A DNA stretch of 64,000 nt from an uncultured Alphaproteobacteria bacterium (GTDB lineage: Bacteria > Pseudomonadota > Alphaproteobacteria > RF32 > CAG-239). Shown here one piece after another: positions 9,216 through 19,068 of the stretch. The notes under the pieces are model-generated. The model saw only the letters and a list, made by a program, of their open reading frames with translations, was not told the origin of the DNA and made no database searches. A program made the translations under genes and the position numbers. Position 1 is the stretch's first letter, and every line of letters starts with the position of its first letter. The stretch lies in the NCBI GenBank assembly GCA_944393235.1, contig CALXZJ010000002.1, positions 1,739 to 65,738 on the forward strand, written 5' to 3'.

Positions 9216-12200
9216 ATGTCAGAAAAACCGGAAATAATTCAAGAACAGGAAAAACTAAAACAAATTGCCCGTCGGCAACAGGGTGAGGCTGCAAATCCGG
9301 AATTTTCGGTATGGGTGGAAGCTTCTGCCGGAACTGGTAAGACCAAGGTTTTGTCTGATAGAGTGTTGCGCTTGTTGTTAAACGGCGTCAGTCCGGAAAG
9401 AATATTATGCCTAACCTATACTAAAGCCGCCGCCGTAGAGATGAACTCGCGCATTTCTGCCCGCTTGGCAAAATGGGCGGTCGTTTCTGATGATAAATTA
9501 AAAGAAGAACTGGAAAATTTGTTAGATAATTGTTCAGATTCTAAAAAATATGCGACATTTGCCGCGCGCGCCCGCACATTGTTTGCCGTTTTGCTGGATA
9601 TCCCCGGCGGCATGAAAATCCAGACCATACATAGTTTTTGCCAAGAAATTTTGAAACGTTTTCCGCTGGAGGCCGGTATATCACCATATTTTTCGGTAAT
9701 GGACGATCGTATGTCTGCCGAAACTTTGGATAACATTTGCAACAACTTGATTGCACAGGTAGAACAAGCGCCCGAAACAAAAATCGGACAGGCGATTGCC
9801 TATCTAACCCGCAATGTTCGCGAATTCAAATTTCCGGAATTGTTAAAAACTTTAGCGGATAATCGCAACAAATTGAGCGGTATTTTAGCGCATTATTCGG
9901 ATTTGCCGGCATTCCTAAAAGAATTACGCCGCCGCCTAAACCTCAAATCTGACGAAACGGAAAAAAAGGCGTGCGCTGAATTTTTTGATGGTTTGGATAC
10001 GTTGTTGATAAAAAAGATTGCTTCTGCGCTGGCACAAAGCAGTAAAACCGATAAAGAAAAAAGCGCAAAGCTGACCGAAGCTGTGCAAAATGCTGATTTT
10101 AATCAATATAAAAGCGTTTTTTATAAACAAGGCGGCGAAGCTTATGCTTCCATGGCTTGCAAAGATGCCGTCAAAGTCTATCCGGAAATTATAGCAGAAA
10201 TGCAGCGTTTGGCTCAAGATGTGGCGGCTTTTGACAATCATTTGCTCAAAATTCGTTTGTTTGCGTCTACGGCGGCGGTGATAACCGTGGCAGAAAAATT
10301 AGCGTTGGAATATAAAGCATATAAACAAAAATACGCGCGTCTTGATTATGAAGATTTAATTGTGATAACGCGCAGATTGTTGGAAACTGATGGCGTGGCG
10401 GAATGGGTGCTGTTCAAATTGGACGGCGGTATAAGCCATGTGTTGATTGACGAAGCACAGGATACCTCTCCCAACCAGTGGGCAATTGTCAAAGCAATTA
10501 CCGGCGAGTTTTTTGCCGGTCACGGACAAAAAGATGAAAAACGGACAGTTTTTGCCGTCGGTGACCGCAAACAGTCTATTTATAGTTTTCAAGGTGCCGA
10601 TCCGGAAGAATTTGACCGTATGCACCGATATTTTGCCGATACGGCGCCGGATTTTGCCAAGGTTCGTTTAGATGTTTCTTTTCGTTCCACTCGTGCGGTG
10701 CTGGAAACCGTCAATAATTTATTTGCTTATCCGGAGGCAAAATCCGGTGTGGTTGTCGGCGAAGAAAAAGTGGCGCATATCCCGTATCGTTTGGGCGCTG
10801 CCGGAAGAGTAGAAATATGGCCCTTAACCGAAGGTGAAGATGAAAGTAATGATTTATGGTATCCGCCGGTGGAACGCCGTACCAAAATTTCCGCCAGCGC
10901 CAAATTGGCCGCCCAAATTGCCCAAAAAATTTCCCGGATGGTAAAAGGTGGCGAAATGTTGGCCTCCAAAGGGCGGCCGCTGCAGTATAGCGATTTTATG
11001 GTTTTGGTGCAGCGCCGCAACGCATTTTTAGAAGAGTTTGTGCGTGAGTGTAAAAAAGCGGGTGTTGCTGTTACCGGTGTGGATAAGTTAAAACTTTTGC
11101 AGCAAATTGCGGTGGAAGATTTGCTCTCTCTCGGACGTTTTCTTTTGCTGCCGCAAGATGATTTAAGCTTGGCGGAGGTTTTGAAATCGCCGTTGTTTGG
11201 TTTAACTGACGATGATTTATTCAAATTATGTTATAATCGCGGAAGTTTTTCTTTATGGAGCCGGCTTAAAGCCGATGAAGCATATCAATCAGCGGCAGAT
11301 GTTCTTTCCGCGCTTTTGACCAAAGCCGATTATGCTCGTCCGTTTGAACTTTATAATGAGATTTTGACCACATTAAACGGTCGCAAAAAATTTATCGCCC
11401 GCCTTGGGGAAGAAGCTGAAGATGCTTTAGACGAATTTATTAATTTAACCTTGCAGTTTGAAAAAGAGCATATTCCGGATTTGCAAACTTTTATCTCATG
11501 GATAACTGCCGATGATATTGAAGTTAAACGCGAACTTGAACAATCGGAAGATGATGCAGTACGGGTTATGACGGTTCATGGTTCCAAGGGGTTACAAGCG
11601 CCGATTGTCTTCTTACCGGACACCACGCGTGTGGCAAATGTCAAACGCGGCGCCGGTCTGCTGCTTGATAAAAATGATATGGCTTATTATCCGTTGTCAG
11701 CCGGCGGTTATGATGACATATGCAATACTTTGTACGAACAGAACAAAACCAAAGCTTTTGATGAATATCGCCGCTTGCTTTATGTCGCTTTGACCCGAGC
11801 GGAAGATTGTCTGTATATCTGCGGTTATAAAGGGAAATATGATGCCGATTCTCGTTCGTGGTACAAATTATGCCATCAAACTTTAGAACAAATCGGTGTG
11901 ACGGCAGAAGAAGGAGTTCTATCCTATTCCAGTCGGCAAATAGGTGAGGCTGATAAAGAAGAAAAAGCGCAAAATCCAGATGAAGAAGTGTTGCCGCAAA
12001 CCGAATGGCTATGGCAGCCAGCAAAAGAGGAAACACCTTTATCTAAGCCGTATACACCATCGCATCCGGAAGATGAAGAGACCGATTTGCCGGCAGCTTC
12101 ACCGCTTGCCGACACCGGAAAATATTACCGCCGCGGTTTGTTGATGCACCGTTTGCTGCAGTTCCTGCCGCCGGAAGCCGATATGTCGACAAAAGAAAAT

Positions 12201-12590
12201 TTAATTGAGACGTTTTTACAAAAAAATGCCGCGGATATGCCGCCGGAATTTTGCCGCCGTATTAAAGAAGAAATCATGCGTTTGTTTGAAGAAGATAAAT
12301 TTAAATTTATTTTCGGCACCGGTTCTCAAGCAGAAGTTCCGGTGATGGGCGAAGTTGACGGACGGATAATTTCAGCGCAGATTGACCGCCTGATAGTCAC
12401 CGAAAATAAAATAACAATTGTAGATTTCAAAACAAATTGCCCGCCTGCGGAAGAAATCAAAGATGTGCCGTCGGTGTATAAAAAACAATTAGCCGTTTAT
12501 AAACAATTGATTGAAAAAATTTATCCCGGACTTCCGGTGGAAACATTCATCTTATGGACGAACTCGGCAAATTTAATGCAGATTTCTTAA
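9216..12590 (+). CDS. addA: Double-strand break repair helicase-nuclease AddA (UvrD/Rep family)
   Basis: Walker A is ASAGTGKTKVL. Helicase motifs are VLIDEAQDTSPNQW, VGDRKQSIYSFQGA, FRS and VMTVHGSKGLQAP. The C-terminal nuclease motif is IDRL...IVDFKT. I prefer the ATG at 9216, just after the addB stop. Confidence 0.9.
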   Translation: MSEKPEIIQEQEKLKQIARRQQGEAANPEFSVWVEASAGTGKTKVLSDRVLRLLLNGVSPERILCLTYTKAAAVEMNSRISARLAKWAVVSDDKLKEELENLLDNCSDSKKYATFAARARTLFAVLLDIPGGMKIQTIHSFCQEILKRFPLEAGISPYFSVMDDRMSAETLDNICNNLIAQVEQAPETKIGQAIAYLTRNVREFKFPELLKTLADNRNKLSGILAHYSDLPAFLKELRRRLNLKSDETEKKACAEFFDGLDTLLIKKIASALAQSSKTDKEKSAKLTEAVQNADFNQYKSVFYKQGGEAYASMACKDAVKVYPEIIAEMQRLAQDVAAFDNHLLKIRLFASTAAVITVAEKLALEYKAYKQKYARLDYEDLIVITRRLLETDGVAEWVLFKLDGGISHVLIDEAQDTSPNQWAIVKAITGEFFAGHGQKDEKRTVFAVGDRKQSIYSFQGADPEEFDRMHRYFADTAPDFAKVRLDVSFRSTRAVLETVNNLFAYPEAKSGVVVGEEKVAHIPYRLGAAGRVEIWPLTEGEDESNDLWYPPVERRTKISASAKLAAQIAQKISRMVKGGEMLASKGRPLQYSDFMVLVQRRNAFLEEFVRECKKAGVAVTGVDKLKLLQQIAVEDLLSLGRFLLLPQDDLSLAEVLKSPLFGLTDDDLFKLCYNRGSFSLWSRLKADEAYQSAADVLSALLTKADYARPFELYNEILTTLNGRKKFIARLGEEAEDALDEFINLTLQFEKEHIPDLQTFISWITADDIEVKRELEQSEDDAVRVMTVHGSKGLQAPIVFLPDTTRVANVKRGAGLLLDKNDMAYYPLSAGGYDDICNTLYEQNKTKAFDEYRRLLYVALTRAEDCLYICGYKGKYDADSRSWYKLCHQTLEQIGVTAEEGVLSYSSRQIGEADKEEKAQNPDEEVLPQTEWLWQPAKEETPLSKPYTPSHPEDEETDLPAASPLADTGKYYRRGLLMHRLLQFLPPEADMSTKENLIETFLQKNAADMPPEFCRRIKEEIMRLFEEDKFKFIFGTGSQAEVPVMGEVDGRIISAQIDRLIVTENKITIVDFKTNCPPAEEIKDVPSVYKKQLAVYKQLIEKIYPGLPVETFILWTNSANLMQIS

Positions 12591-12683
12591 AATTAAGGGT
12601 TGTTTTTAGAATATTTGTCTTTAATATAAAAAACAAACATACTATATATAAAACAAGATACAATTTTTAGAAAGGGAAAGAAT

Positions 12684-12998
12684 ATGCTCGCAATTAGTGA
12701 TAGCCAGTTTCAAAATGAGGTTTTAGATTCCAAAGGTTTGGTTTTGGTGGATTTTTGGGCGGAATGGTGCGGACCGTGCCGCCAACTTGGTCCGGTGTTG
12801 GAAGAAGTTTCCAAAGAAATGGGAAATGATGTAAAAATCTGTAAGATGAATGTGGATGAAGCGCCAAACACAGCCGCTCAATACGGAATTCGCAGCATTC
12901 CGACGATGTTTTTGTTCAAAGACGGCAAGCAGGTAGATGTCAAAGTCGGGTTTAATTCCCAAGCATCTATTGTTGCATGGCTTAATTCTTACAAATAA
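12684..12998 (+). CDS. trxA: Thioredoxin
   Basis: 104 aa with the WAEWCGPC active site and SIPT cis-Pro loop. Confidence 0.95.
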   Translation: MLAISDSQFQNEVLDSKGLVLVDFWAEWCGPCRQLGPVLEEVSKEMGNDVKICKMNVDEAPNTAAQYGIRSIPTMFLFKDGKQVDVKVGFNSQASIVAWLNSYK

Positions 12999-13028
12999 GG
13001 AATGATGAAACATTAGTATATATAAAAA

Positions 13029-13051
13029 ATCCGGAAAATCCCGGATTTTTT
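13029..13051 (+). terminator. Rho-independent terminator after trxA
   Basis: The stem is ATCCGG/CCGGAT with a 6-nt loop, followed by a T-run. Confidence 0.7.
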
Positions 13052-13136
13052 AATATTGTTATAATTTTATTTTGATTGCATATTTTTACATAATGTTTTA
13101 ATATTGCTCAAAATAAAAAACAAAGGGTGAAATTTA

Positions 13137-14096
13137 ATGGTTAAAATTAACGACATATTTTTCTCGGATATATACATCACACCGGAAAAAGTAGCATACA
13201 TTCCGGATGATTTAACCGAAAACGGATTACAGATATTTGTGGCTTCTGACTTTGAAGAGTTTTATAAACTTGTTGAAGATTCGTATGAAGGAAATTCCAG
13301 TTATTCTGTTTTATATGAAAATGTGTTTTTTCGTGTAGAGCGCAGCATGACTGTCACAGGCGTCCAATATTGTATTCGAAAAATGCCCAAAGTCGTTCCT
13401 GATTTTGACACATTAGGATACAGAAAAGAGCTTGCAACTTATTTAAATAATTTATGTCGGGCGTCAGGTCTTATCTTGTGGGCAGGTGCAACCGGTTCGG
13501 GCAAAACGACCTCTATTTCGGCATTGCTAAAAGAATTTCTTGTTCGTGAAGGCGGTTTTGCATACACCATTGAAGATCCTTCTGAAATGCCGCTTGACGG
13601 CGAATATACGGCTTTAAATGGTTCTTTTGGGCTTTGCAAGCAGACACAACCGATTAACAACAACTGGGGCGAATCTTTAAAATCAGCTTTACGCTCTAAG
13701 CCGCGTTATATTATGGTTGGTGAGATTCGCACACCAGATGCTGCCAGTGAAGTCCTTAGAGCGGCAACATCCGGACACTTAGTGCTTTCCACTATTCACG
13801 CCAATAACATTCCGGATGCCATCAACTCATTGGTAAAATATGCATCTTCGGCGGACATGAGTGAATCTTTGGCATATGATTTACTTTCCCGCGGCATTTT
13901 GGCAGTTATGCATCAGTCTTTGCGTGGCGTTGGTCATAAAAGCCCGATTTTAAGGTTTTTGTTTGCCAATCCGGATACGACCAAAGGCTGTCAGGTTAGA
14001 AGTATTATCAAAAGCGGCAAGCTAAATTTAGCAACGCCGATTGAAACCCAAATGACGCGAATGGCACAAGGCCGCCCATTGTTTGAAGATATGTAA
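13137..14096 (+). CDS. Compact PilT/VirB11/DotB-superfamily secretion ATPase (candidate retraction or accessory ATPase)
   Basis: 319 aa. Walker A is GATGSGKTT, the Asp box TIEDPSE, Walker B RYIMVGEIR and the His box GHLVLSTIHAN. It has no long N1 domain as GspE/PilB do. It is convergent with the pil operon. Confidence 0.75.
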   Translation: MVKINDIFFSDIYITPEKVAYIPDDLTENGLQIFVASDFEEFYKLVEDSYEGNSSYSVLYENVFFRVERSMTVTGVQYCIRKMPKVVPDFDTLGYRKELATYLNNLCRASGLILWAGATGSGKTTSISALLKEFLVREGGFAYTIEDPSEMPLDGEYTALNGSFGLCKQTQPINNNWGESLKSALRSKPRYIMVGEIRTPDAASEVLRAATSGHLVLSTIHANNIPDAINSLVKYASSADMSESLAYDLLSRGILAVMHQSLRGVGHKSPILRFLFANPDTTKGCQVRSIIKSGKLNLATPIETQMTRMAQGRPLFEDM

Positions 14097-14108
14097 AAAT
14101 AAAAAAAT

Positions 14109-14137
14109 AATCCGAATCTCGGATTATTTTTTTATTC
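14109..14137. terminator. Bidirectional terminator between the convergent ATPase gene and the pil operon
   Basis: The stem is AATCCGA/TCGGATT. An A-run lies on one side and a T-run on the other. Confidence 0.65.
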
Positions 14138-14725
14138 AAAAACCCAACTAAGACTATTTTTATTTTTACAAAATTGCTTAGCCGTTTTTTTACTTATTGG
14201 CAAAGGGTTTGTACCGCCCCATTCAAATTCTTGAGTATTTTCTTGTGTTGTAAGAGAAATTTTTAAAAGCCCCAAATGTGTTTCTTCATTAAAATATTGA
14301 GAAAGCATATTAACACAAGCTGTTTTGCTTAAATTAGGCAGAGTAAGCATAAAACTTCTTTGTCCGGGCATAACCATATTGCCGTCCGTATCTTGTCCAA
14401 GAACAATTTCTCGCCCGATTGTGCTAACAATTTTATCATTGCGCAGCATGTTTTCAGGGACTAAATTATTTTTTATGGCACTGGCCGTATCTAACCCCCA
14501 ATAGTCCGGTCGGATTTTATAATGATTACGAATATTTTCCACCAAAATAGACAACTCCTGATGAGCCGCCTGAAAATGCTTGCCTTGCCCCGGCAAAAGC
14601 AAAGCAAGCACACCAAGCAGTAATGCAACACATATTACCGCGATGCCTAAAAAATATTTATCGTGACAAACGTTTTTAAATTTTATCAAACAATTTTTCA
14701 TGACATCTGCGGGAAGATTTTGCAT
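14132..14725 (-). CDS. Type IVb pilin-like protein (TcpA/PilS-like architecture, atypical N-terminus)
   Basis: A GGGAGG RBS lies 5 nt before the ATG at 14725 (the ORF-track start at 14803 lies inside pilR). It has a ~25-aa charged leader ending in ...YFLG, then a hydrophobic helix IAVICVALLLGVLALLL. An amphipathic continuation follows (ELSILVENIRNHY...YWGLDTASAIKNNLVP). Two C-terminal Cys (SKTACVNM ... AKQFCKNK) are spaced like a pilin D-region disulfide. It is the last gene after pilR, as pilS is in R64. Confidence 0.5.
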   Translation of the reverse strand: MQNLPADVMKNCLIKFKNVCHDKYFLGIAVICVALLLGVLALLLPGQGKHFQAAHQELSILVENIRNHYKIRPDYWGLDTASAIKNNLVPENMLRNDKIVSTIGREIVLGQDTDGNMVMPGQRSFMLTLPNLSKTACVNMLSQYFNEETHLGLLKISLTTQENTQEFEWGGTNPLPISKKTAKQFCKNKNSLSWVFE

Positions 14726-14726
14726 T

Positions 14727-15845
14727 TTAACCTCCCATAGCGCTGGTAATTTGATCTTGCATTTCAAACACGCCGAACACGGCCCAGGCAATAACGCCGG
14801 CAACGGCCAACAAAGCAGCCATGTTTAACAACGAAGCTTTTTGCTCAATCATATAAACGGATTCTTCCAACCAGTTATCTGCCAAGTTTTCCAGAGCTTC
14901 TTCAAAGTTATCCAATTCTGAATAAATTTTCAAATCGGAAATAATTTCTTTATCCGGAAAATTTAAACCGGTTTTCATCAAAGCTTGACCCAAGTTATCA
15001 CCGTTTTTAATAAAAGCCAAGGTCTTATCAATACGTTCTTTAAGATAAGCGTTTGAATCGCGACGCAACGCTTGCAAAGCAGTTGAAACCGGAACACCGC
15101 CTTTAACCAGAGCCGATAAAGCCAAAAGCCAGGTAATACCAATAAACACCTTATATAATGACCATGGCGGAATATTGTCTATGGCTGCACGTATTGGTCC
15201 GGTCCAGACACCAATAGTAACATAAACCAAAATCATAACAGCAGGGAATGTAATAAACGCAGCCAGCCAGTTAACCCTAATCCAATCAGAAATATCAACC
15301 AAAGTACGAGCCGTGCCAACCCACCGCACGCCAGGAGCGGCATCAATCATTGGCGGCACCATATAAGCACCGATAGCCCAAATAATAACGATGGACATCA
15401 TAAACAAGAATGAAGGATAAGAAATAGCGCCGACAATCGGACGAATCATCTTAGTAGAACCTTCGGTAACTTTAATCAGGTTTAACAAAGCGCTTTCCAA
15501 GTCTGAAACGTCGCCGACGGACAGCATCAAACGTTCGCGGCTTGGCGCCCATCCTTTCAAAGCATCAGAAAAAGGCAAACCGTTTTGCAAAGCACGTCCC
15601 CAGCTGGCAAGTGCAATAGCCATCGGTTCACTCGGGTTTTTCCCACCGTTGGTAATACCGTCATGGAGCATGTCCAGGGCGTCCATCAAAGAAAATCGGT
15701 TGCGCATCAACGCTGCCAGTTTGCGATAAATTTTTAATCTGGTTTCATTAGAACAATTACAAATCATTTTTGCGTAATAAACTTCAATGGAGTTTAAGGA
15801 ACGCATTGCTTTGTTAAAAGATGTTGCTCGTTTTTTTTCTGCCAT
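14727..15845 (-). CDS. pilR: Type IV pilus inner-membrane platform protein (GspF/PilC family, PilR-like)
   Basis: 372 aa. It has two cytoplasmic helical repeats and three TM segments, as in GspF-family proteins. It lies immediately downstream of the GspE-type ATPase. Confidence 0.8.
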   Translation of the reverse strand: MAEKKRATSFNKAMRSLNSIEVYYAKMICNCSNETRLKIYRKLAALMRNRFSLMDALDMLHDGITNGGKNPSEPMAIALASWGRALQNGLPFSDALKGWAPSRERLMLSVGDVSDLESALLNLIKVTEGSTKMIRPIVGAISYPSFLFMMSIVIIWAIGAYMVPPMIDAAPGVRWVGTARTLVDISDWIRVNWLAAFITFPAVMILVYVTIGVWTGPIRAAIDNIPPWSLYKVFIGITWLLALSALVKGGVPVSTALQALRRDSNAYLKERIDKTLAFIKNGDNLGQALMKTGLNFPDKEIISDLKIYSELDNFEEALENLADNWLEESVYMIEQKASLLNMAALLAVAGVIAWAVFGVFEMQDQITSAMGG

Positions 15846-15858
15846 AATCTACACACTC

Positions 15859-17523
15859 CTAGTAAACCGGACGTTGGTCAAGCAATCCGCACCAACGTTC
15901 AACCTCATCTAAATCAATATATCCTTTTAGCATTCTTTCCAGAGCCGCATCGCGTAAAGGCCGACCGTCAAGTTCGCTGGTCCAGTAGTCAATGGCGCGT
16001 TTGGTGTCACCGCTGATCATGAGTTGCAGGAACATCGCATCCGGCAAAATAATTTCCGGTACTGACATACGACCGCTAAAGCCTTTGTACCCGCAATATT
16101 TACAACCATCACCGCGGACAAAGGTGTTTTCAATGCCAAAATCGCCTAATGCGGTTTTTAAACGTTCAAAAGAAGGATCATTCATGCGTTCTTTAATAGA
16201 CTTCCGGCAATAAGGGCAAAGTTTGCGGAACAGACGTTGTGAGATAAGCCCTTTAATTAATTCCGGATCGCCCAGCATATAAGACTGTATACCCATATCG
16301 CGCAAACGGGTAATAATGGCAGGTGCAGAGTTCGCGTGCAGGGTAGACCACACACCGTGACCAGACAAAGCACCTTTAAATGTTAATTCAGCTGCGGAAA
16401 GTGAACGAATTTCACCAACCATCATCACGTCAGGGTCGGAACGCAAAGCGGCATTCAAAGCTTTGGTAAATTCGGCTTCTTTTTCTTCTTCGGTGTTAGC
16501 ATTGGTCACCGGCATTTGCCGTGCGCCCGGAATAGGATATTCCGGAGGATCTTCCACCGTAATCAGGTTGATTTCATAGTTTTTTTCTTGCAAGAGCTTA
16601 ATCATGTTTCTTTGCAAGGTCGTTGATTTTCCGGAGCCCGTTGGTCCGGCAACAATATTTAAGCCGACCGGCACGGCGCGTAAACGGTAGAATAAATTTT
16701 CTTCTCGCTCGCCAAAGCCTAATGACCTTAAATCAGAACTACCGTCCGGATTATCATCGGCATACAACAAGCGCATAACCAGATATTGCGAACCGAATGC
16801 AATGGGGTTAAATTGCAAACGGATAGCCAACACATTGTGCGGCAGCATTAGTTTGCCGTTTGAGCCACGCAAAGGCGTTGCACCCAATTTTTGCGCGCCT
16901 TGAAATTCGTTTTGTGCGTAGTTTGAATCCGAAATATCGGCAGAGGCAAATGCAGCACGGACAAAAGCTTCGCCCCATTCTTTATTATATTCCATTTGTC
17001 GCTGCATCATACCGTTAACACGGAACATAATAACGGCTGAGTCTGCAACAATAACATGAATATCAGAAACCTTTTGCGCAGAAGCACGGGCAATAACATT
17101 AATAAAGTCAATTTGCATCTGCATTTGATCGTGGGTTTCGCTATCAACATTAGCAACCCCCGAACCACGTTCAGCATAAGCATATATGGCGGTAATTTCG
17201 TTTTGGCTGACGTATTCCGGCGCCTTAATAGGAATTTTTCTTCTTTTGATGGTTTTTTCAAAGTTGTAAACCGGGCCATCAAAACGATGGTCTTTTGAAA
17301 CCAAATAAGTGCCGTCAGAAAACAAAGCGACCAAACGTCTTGTTTCATCGCTGATAGAAATGTCGGAATCCGGCAAAGTAAGAAGCTTATTGTTGTTTGC
17401 AAACAATTCTTCCAGAATATTTCTTTTCTTACCCTGCTCGACTTCGCTTTCAGCTAAATAAGAACCGGATGACGAGGTCGTTCCGGTCTTATTTCCCGAG
17501 CCTTTTTCTACCTGAGTAGCCAT
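15859..17523 (-). CDS. pilQ: Type IV pilus assembly ATPase (GspE/PilB family, PilQ-like of IncI thin pilus)
   Basis: Walker A is GPTGSGKST, the Asp box TVEDPPEYPIPG, Walker B VMMVGEIRS and the His box GHGVWSTLHANS. The tetracysteine motif is CPYC...CKYCGYKG. Confidence 0.9.
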   Translation of the reverse strand: MATQVEKGSGNKTGTTSSSGSYLAESEVEQGKKRNILEELFANNNKLLTLPDSDISISDETRRLVALFSDGTYLVSKDHRFDGPVYNFEKTIKRRKIPIKAPEYVSQNEITAIYAYAERGSGVANVDSETHDQMQMQIDFINVIARASAQKVSDIHVIVADSAVIMFRVNGMMQRQMEYNKEWGEAFVRAAFASADISDSNYAQNEFQGAQKLGATPLRGSNGKLMLPHNVLAIRLQFNPIAFGSQYLVMRLLYADDNPDGSSDLRSLGFGEREENLFYRLRAVPVGLNIVAGPTGSGKSTTLQRNMIKLLQEKNYEINLITVEDPPEYPIPGARQMPVTNANTEEEKEAEFTKALNAALRSDPDVMMVGEIRSLSAAELTFKGALSGHGVWSTLHANSAPAIITRLRDMGIQSYMLGDPELIKGLISQRLFRKLCPYCRKSIKERMNDPSFERLKTALGDFGIENTFVRGDGCKYCGYKGFSGRMSVPEIILPDAMFLQLMISGDTKRAIDYWTSELDGRPLRDAALERMLKGYIDLDEVERWCGLLDQRPVY

Positions 17524-17541
17524 TGCCTGACAAACCTCACT

Positions 17542-19068
17542 TTATTTAACAAACATTCCCGCTCCCAAAGAAGGAATACCTGTTTCACGCGCAAGCCCGC
17601 CTGAAGGTTTTTTAACCGGTGCGGCAACAGGCTTTTTCGGAGCTTTAGAATTTGTTGTTGCCGTTCCTTCCATATTTTCCGGTTCCATGGTCATAGCGCT
17701 GCCGCTTGTATATAGATAATCCTTCAAACCATTGCGGTCAAACTGGATATAATTTGGCGTAATAAGTTCAATAGCGTGTCCGGTTTGCAATATCGTGCCT
17801 TTTCTGGCTAAGAAAGCTTCACCGTCTTTGTTTATGAGCTTAGCGACCAAATCTTCACCTTTTCCGGTAATATCCATAATGGCATATTCTTTGGAAATGT
17901 TAATCGGAATGATTTTTGCATCAACAGAAGTAGCCACAGCCGAATTTTTATTTTCCTGACCGTTAGCATCAAAAGGATTCTGTTGCCGGTTTTTAGCAGC
18001 CAATTCTTCAGCTTCAATTCGTTTTTTCAACTGAATATTTTGTGCCGTCAAACTTGCAATGGTACGATCATGGTTGCTTTTGGCATTATTAGCGCTTTGA
18101 ACGGTTTTGTTGGACAGAGCATATAAGGCATCAAGTTTCTTCTTAAAATTATCAACCAAAGACTTTCTGTCTTCTTCAACTTGGCGCATCTGCTTATAAA
18201 TTTCGGCGTTTTCCGCAATCCATTTTTGATTTTCTTCCAACATACGGTTCATATAAGCATTCAAAACTTTTTTCTGCCGCAGTTTTTCCAGTTCTATTTC
18301 TTTTTCTTTCAAAAGCTGTTGTTCTCTTAAAACTTTAGCTTCTTGCTCTTTCTTCCATTCAAATTCTTTGCGTTTCTTTTCTTCTTCGGCAGCGGCTTTT
18401 TCTTCCAAAGCTTTAGTTCTTTGAGCTTTGATTGCTTCAATTTCATTGCGAAGTTTTTCACGCCGCAATTCCAAAGTCAGCAATGTTGTTTGTTTTTCGA
18501 TATCAGACATTTGATTAAACAAATCATTGTCGATCTTTGCCAAAACATCGCTTCCGTATTCCTCAGTGCTTTGTGGCTTAGGAGCTTCTTTTTTTGTCTC
18601 TGTCGCCATAAGAGGATTTGCAGGTTCTGCCGCCGGAACATTCGCATTGCTTGCCGGCAAGACAGGAGCATCGTTTTCAACACCTAAAGAAAAATTCATA
18701 TCCTGATTAAAAGCATCAGGCGTTGGTGCTGTTTCTGCTTTGTTTAAAGCCTCTGAAGATGCATCTGAAGTCCGATTCGACGCGGCATTGCTGGCATCAG
18801 CTTTAGGAGCCGGGGAAATTAAGGCGTTATTATCAAGCGGAATAACTTCCTCATTTGGCAACGTATTCGGCAATTCAGTATCCATCTCCATAGATGGTTC
18901 TGCCGGTGTAACAACAGCCTCCGTGGCATTATTTTCCGGCGCAACCGCTTCGTCGTCTTCAACAAGAGAAACGACGCCTTGAGCCTCACAGGGTTTAGTC
19001 GTGTTTAAAATAATAAACGAAACTAAAGCAGCTGTAAGTAAATTTTTATATAAAAGCTTATAATACAT
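17542..19068 (-). CDS. PilP-like pilus biogenesis protein with a long disordered/coiled-coil N-terminal expansion
   Basis: It has a signal peptide, ~170 aa rich in A/P/S/N/E, then a K/E-rich coiled coil (~aa 180-360). The C-terminal beta-rich module is YAIMDITGKGEDLVAKLINKDGEAFLARKGTILQTGHAIELITPNYIQF. It sits between the pilO-like and pilQ genes. Confidence 0.5.
   Translation of the reverse strand: MYYKLLYKNLLTAALVSFIILNTTKPCEAQGVVSLVEDDEAVAPENNATEAVVTPAEPSMEMDTELPNTLPNEEVIPLDNNALISPAPKADASNAASNRTSDASSEALNKAETAPTPDAFNQDMNFSLGVENDAPVLPASNANVPAAEPANPLMATETKKEAPKPQSTEEYGSDVLAKIDNDLFNQMSDIEKQTTLLTLELRREKLRNEIEAIKAQRTKALEEKAAAEEEKKRKEFEWKKEQEAKVLREQQLLKEKEIELEKLRQKKVLNAYMNRMLEENQKWIAENAEIYKQMRQVEEDRKSLVDNFKKKLDALYALSNKTVQSANNAKSNHDRTIASLTAQNIQLKKRIEAEELAAKNRQQNPFDANGQENKNSAVATSVDAKIIPINISKEYAIMDITGKGEDLVAKLINKDGEAFLARKGTILQTGHAIELITPNYIQFDRNGLKDYLYTSGSAMTMEPENMEGTATTNSKAPKKPVAAPVKKPSGGLARETGIPSLGAGMFVK

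Noticed and set aside
14726-14803. N-terminal extension of the pilin-like ORF (ORF-track start at 14803)
   Set aside because: The extension overlaps the 3' end of pilR. A GGGAGG RBS sits 5 nt before the internal ATG at 14725, immediately after the pilR stop.
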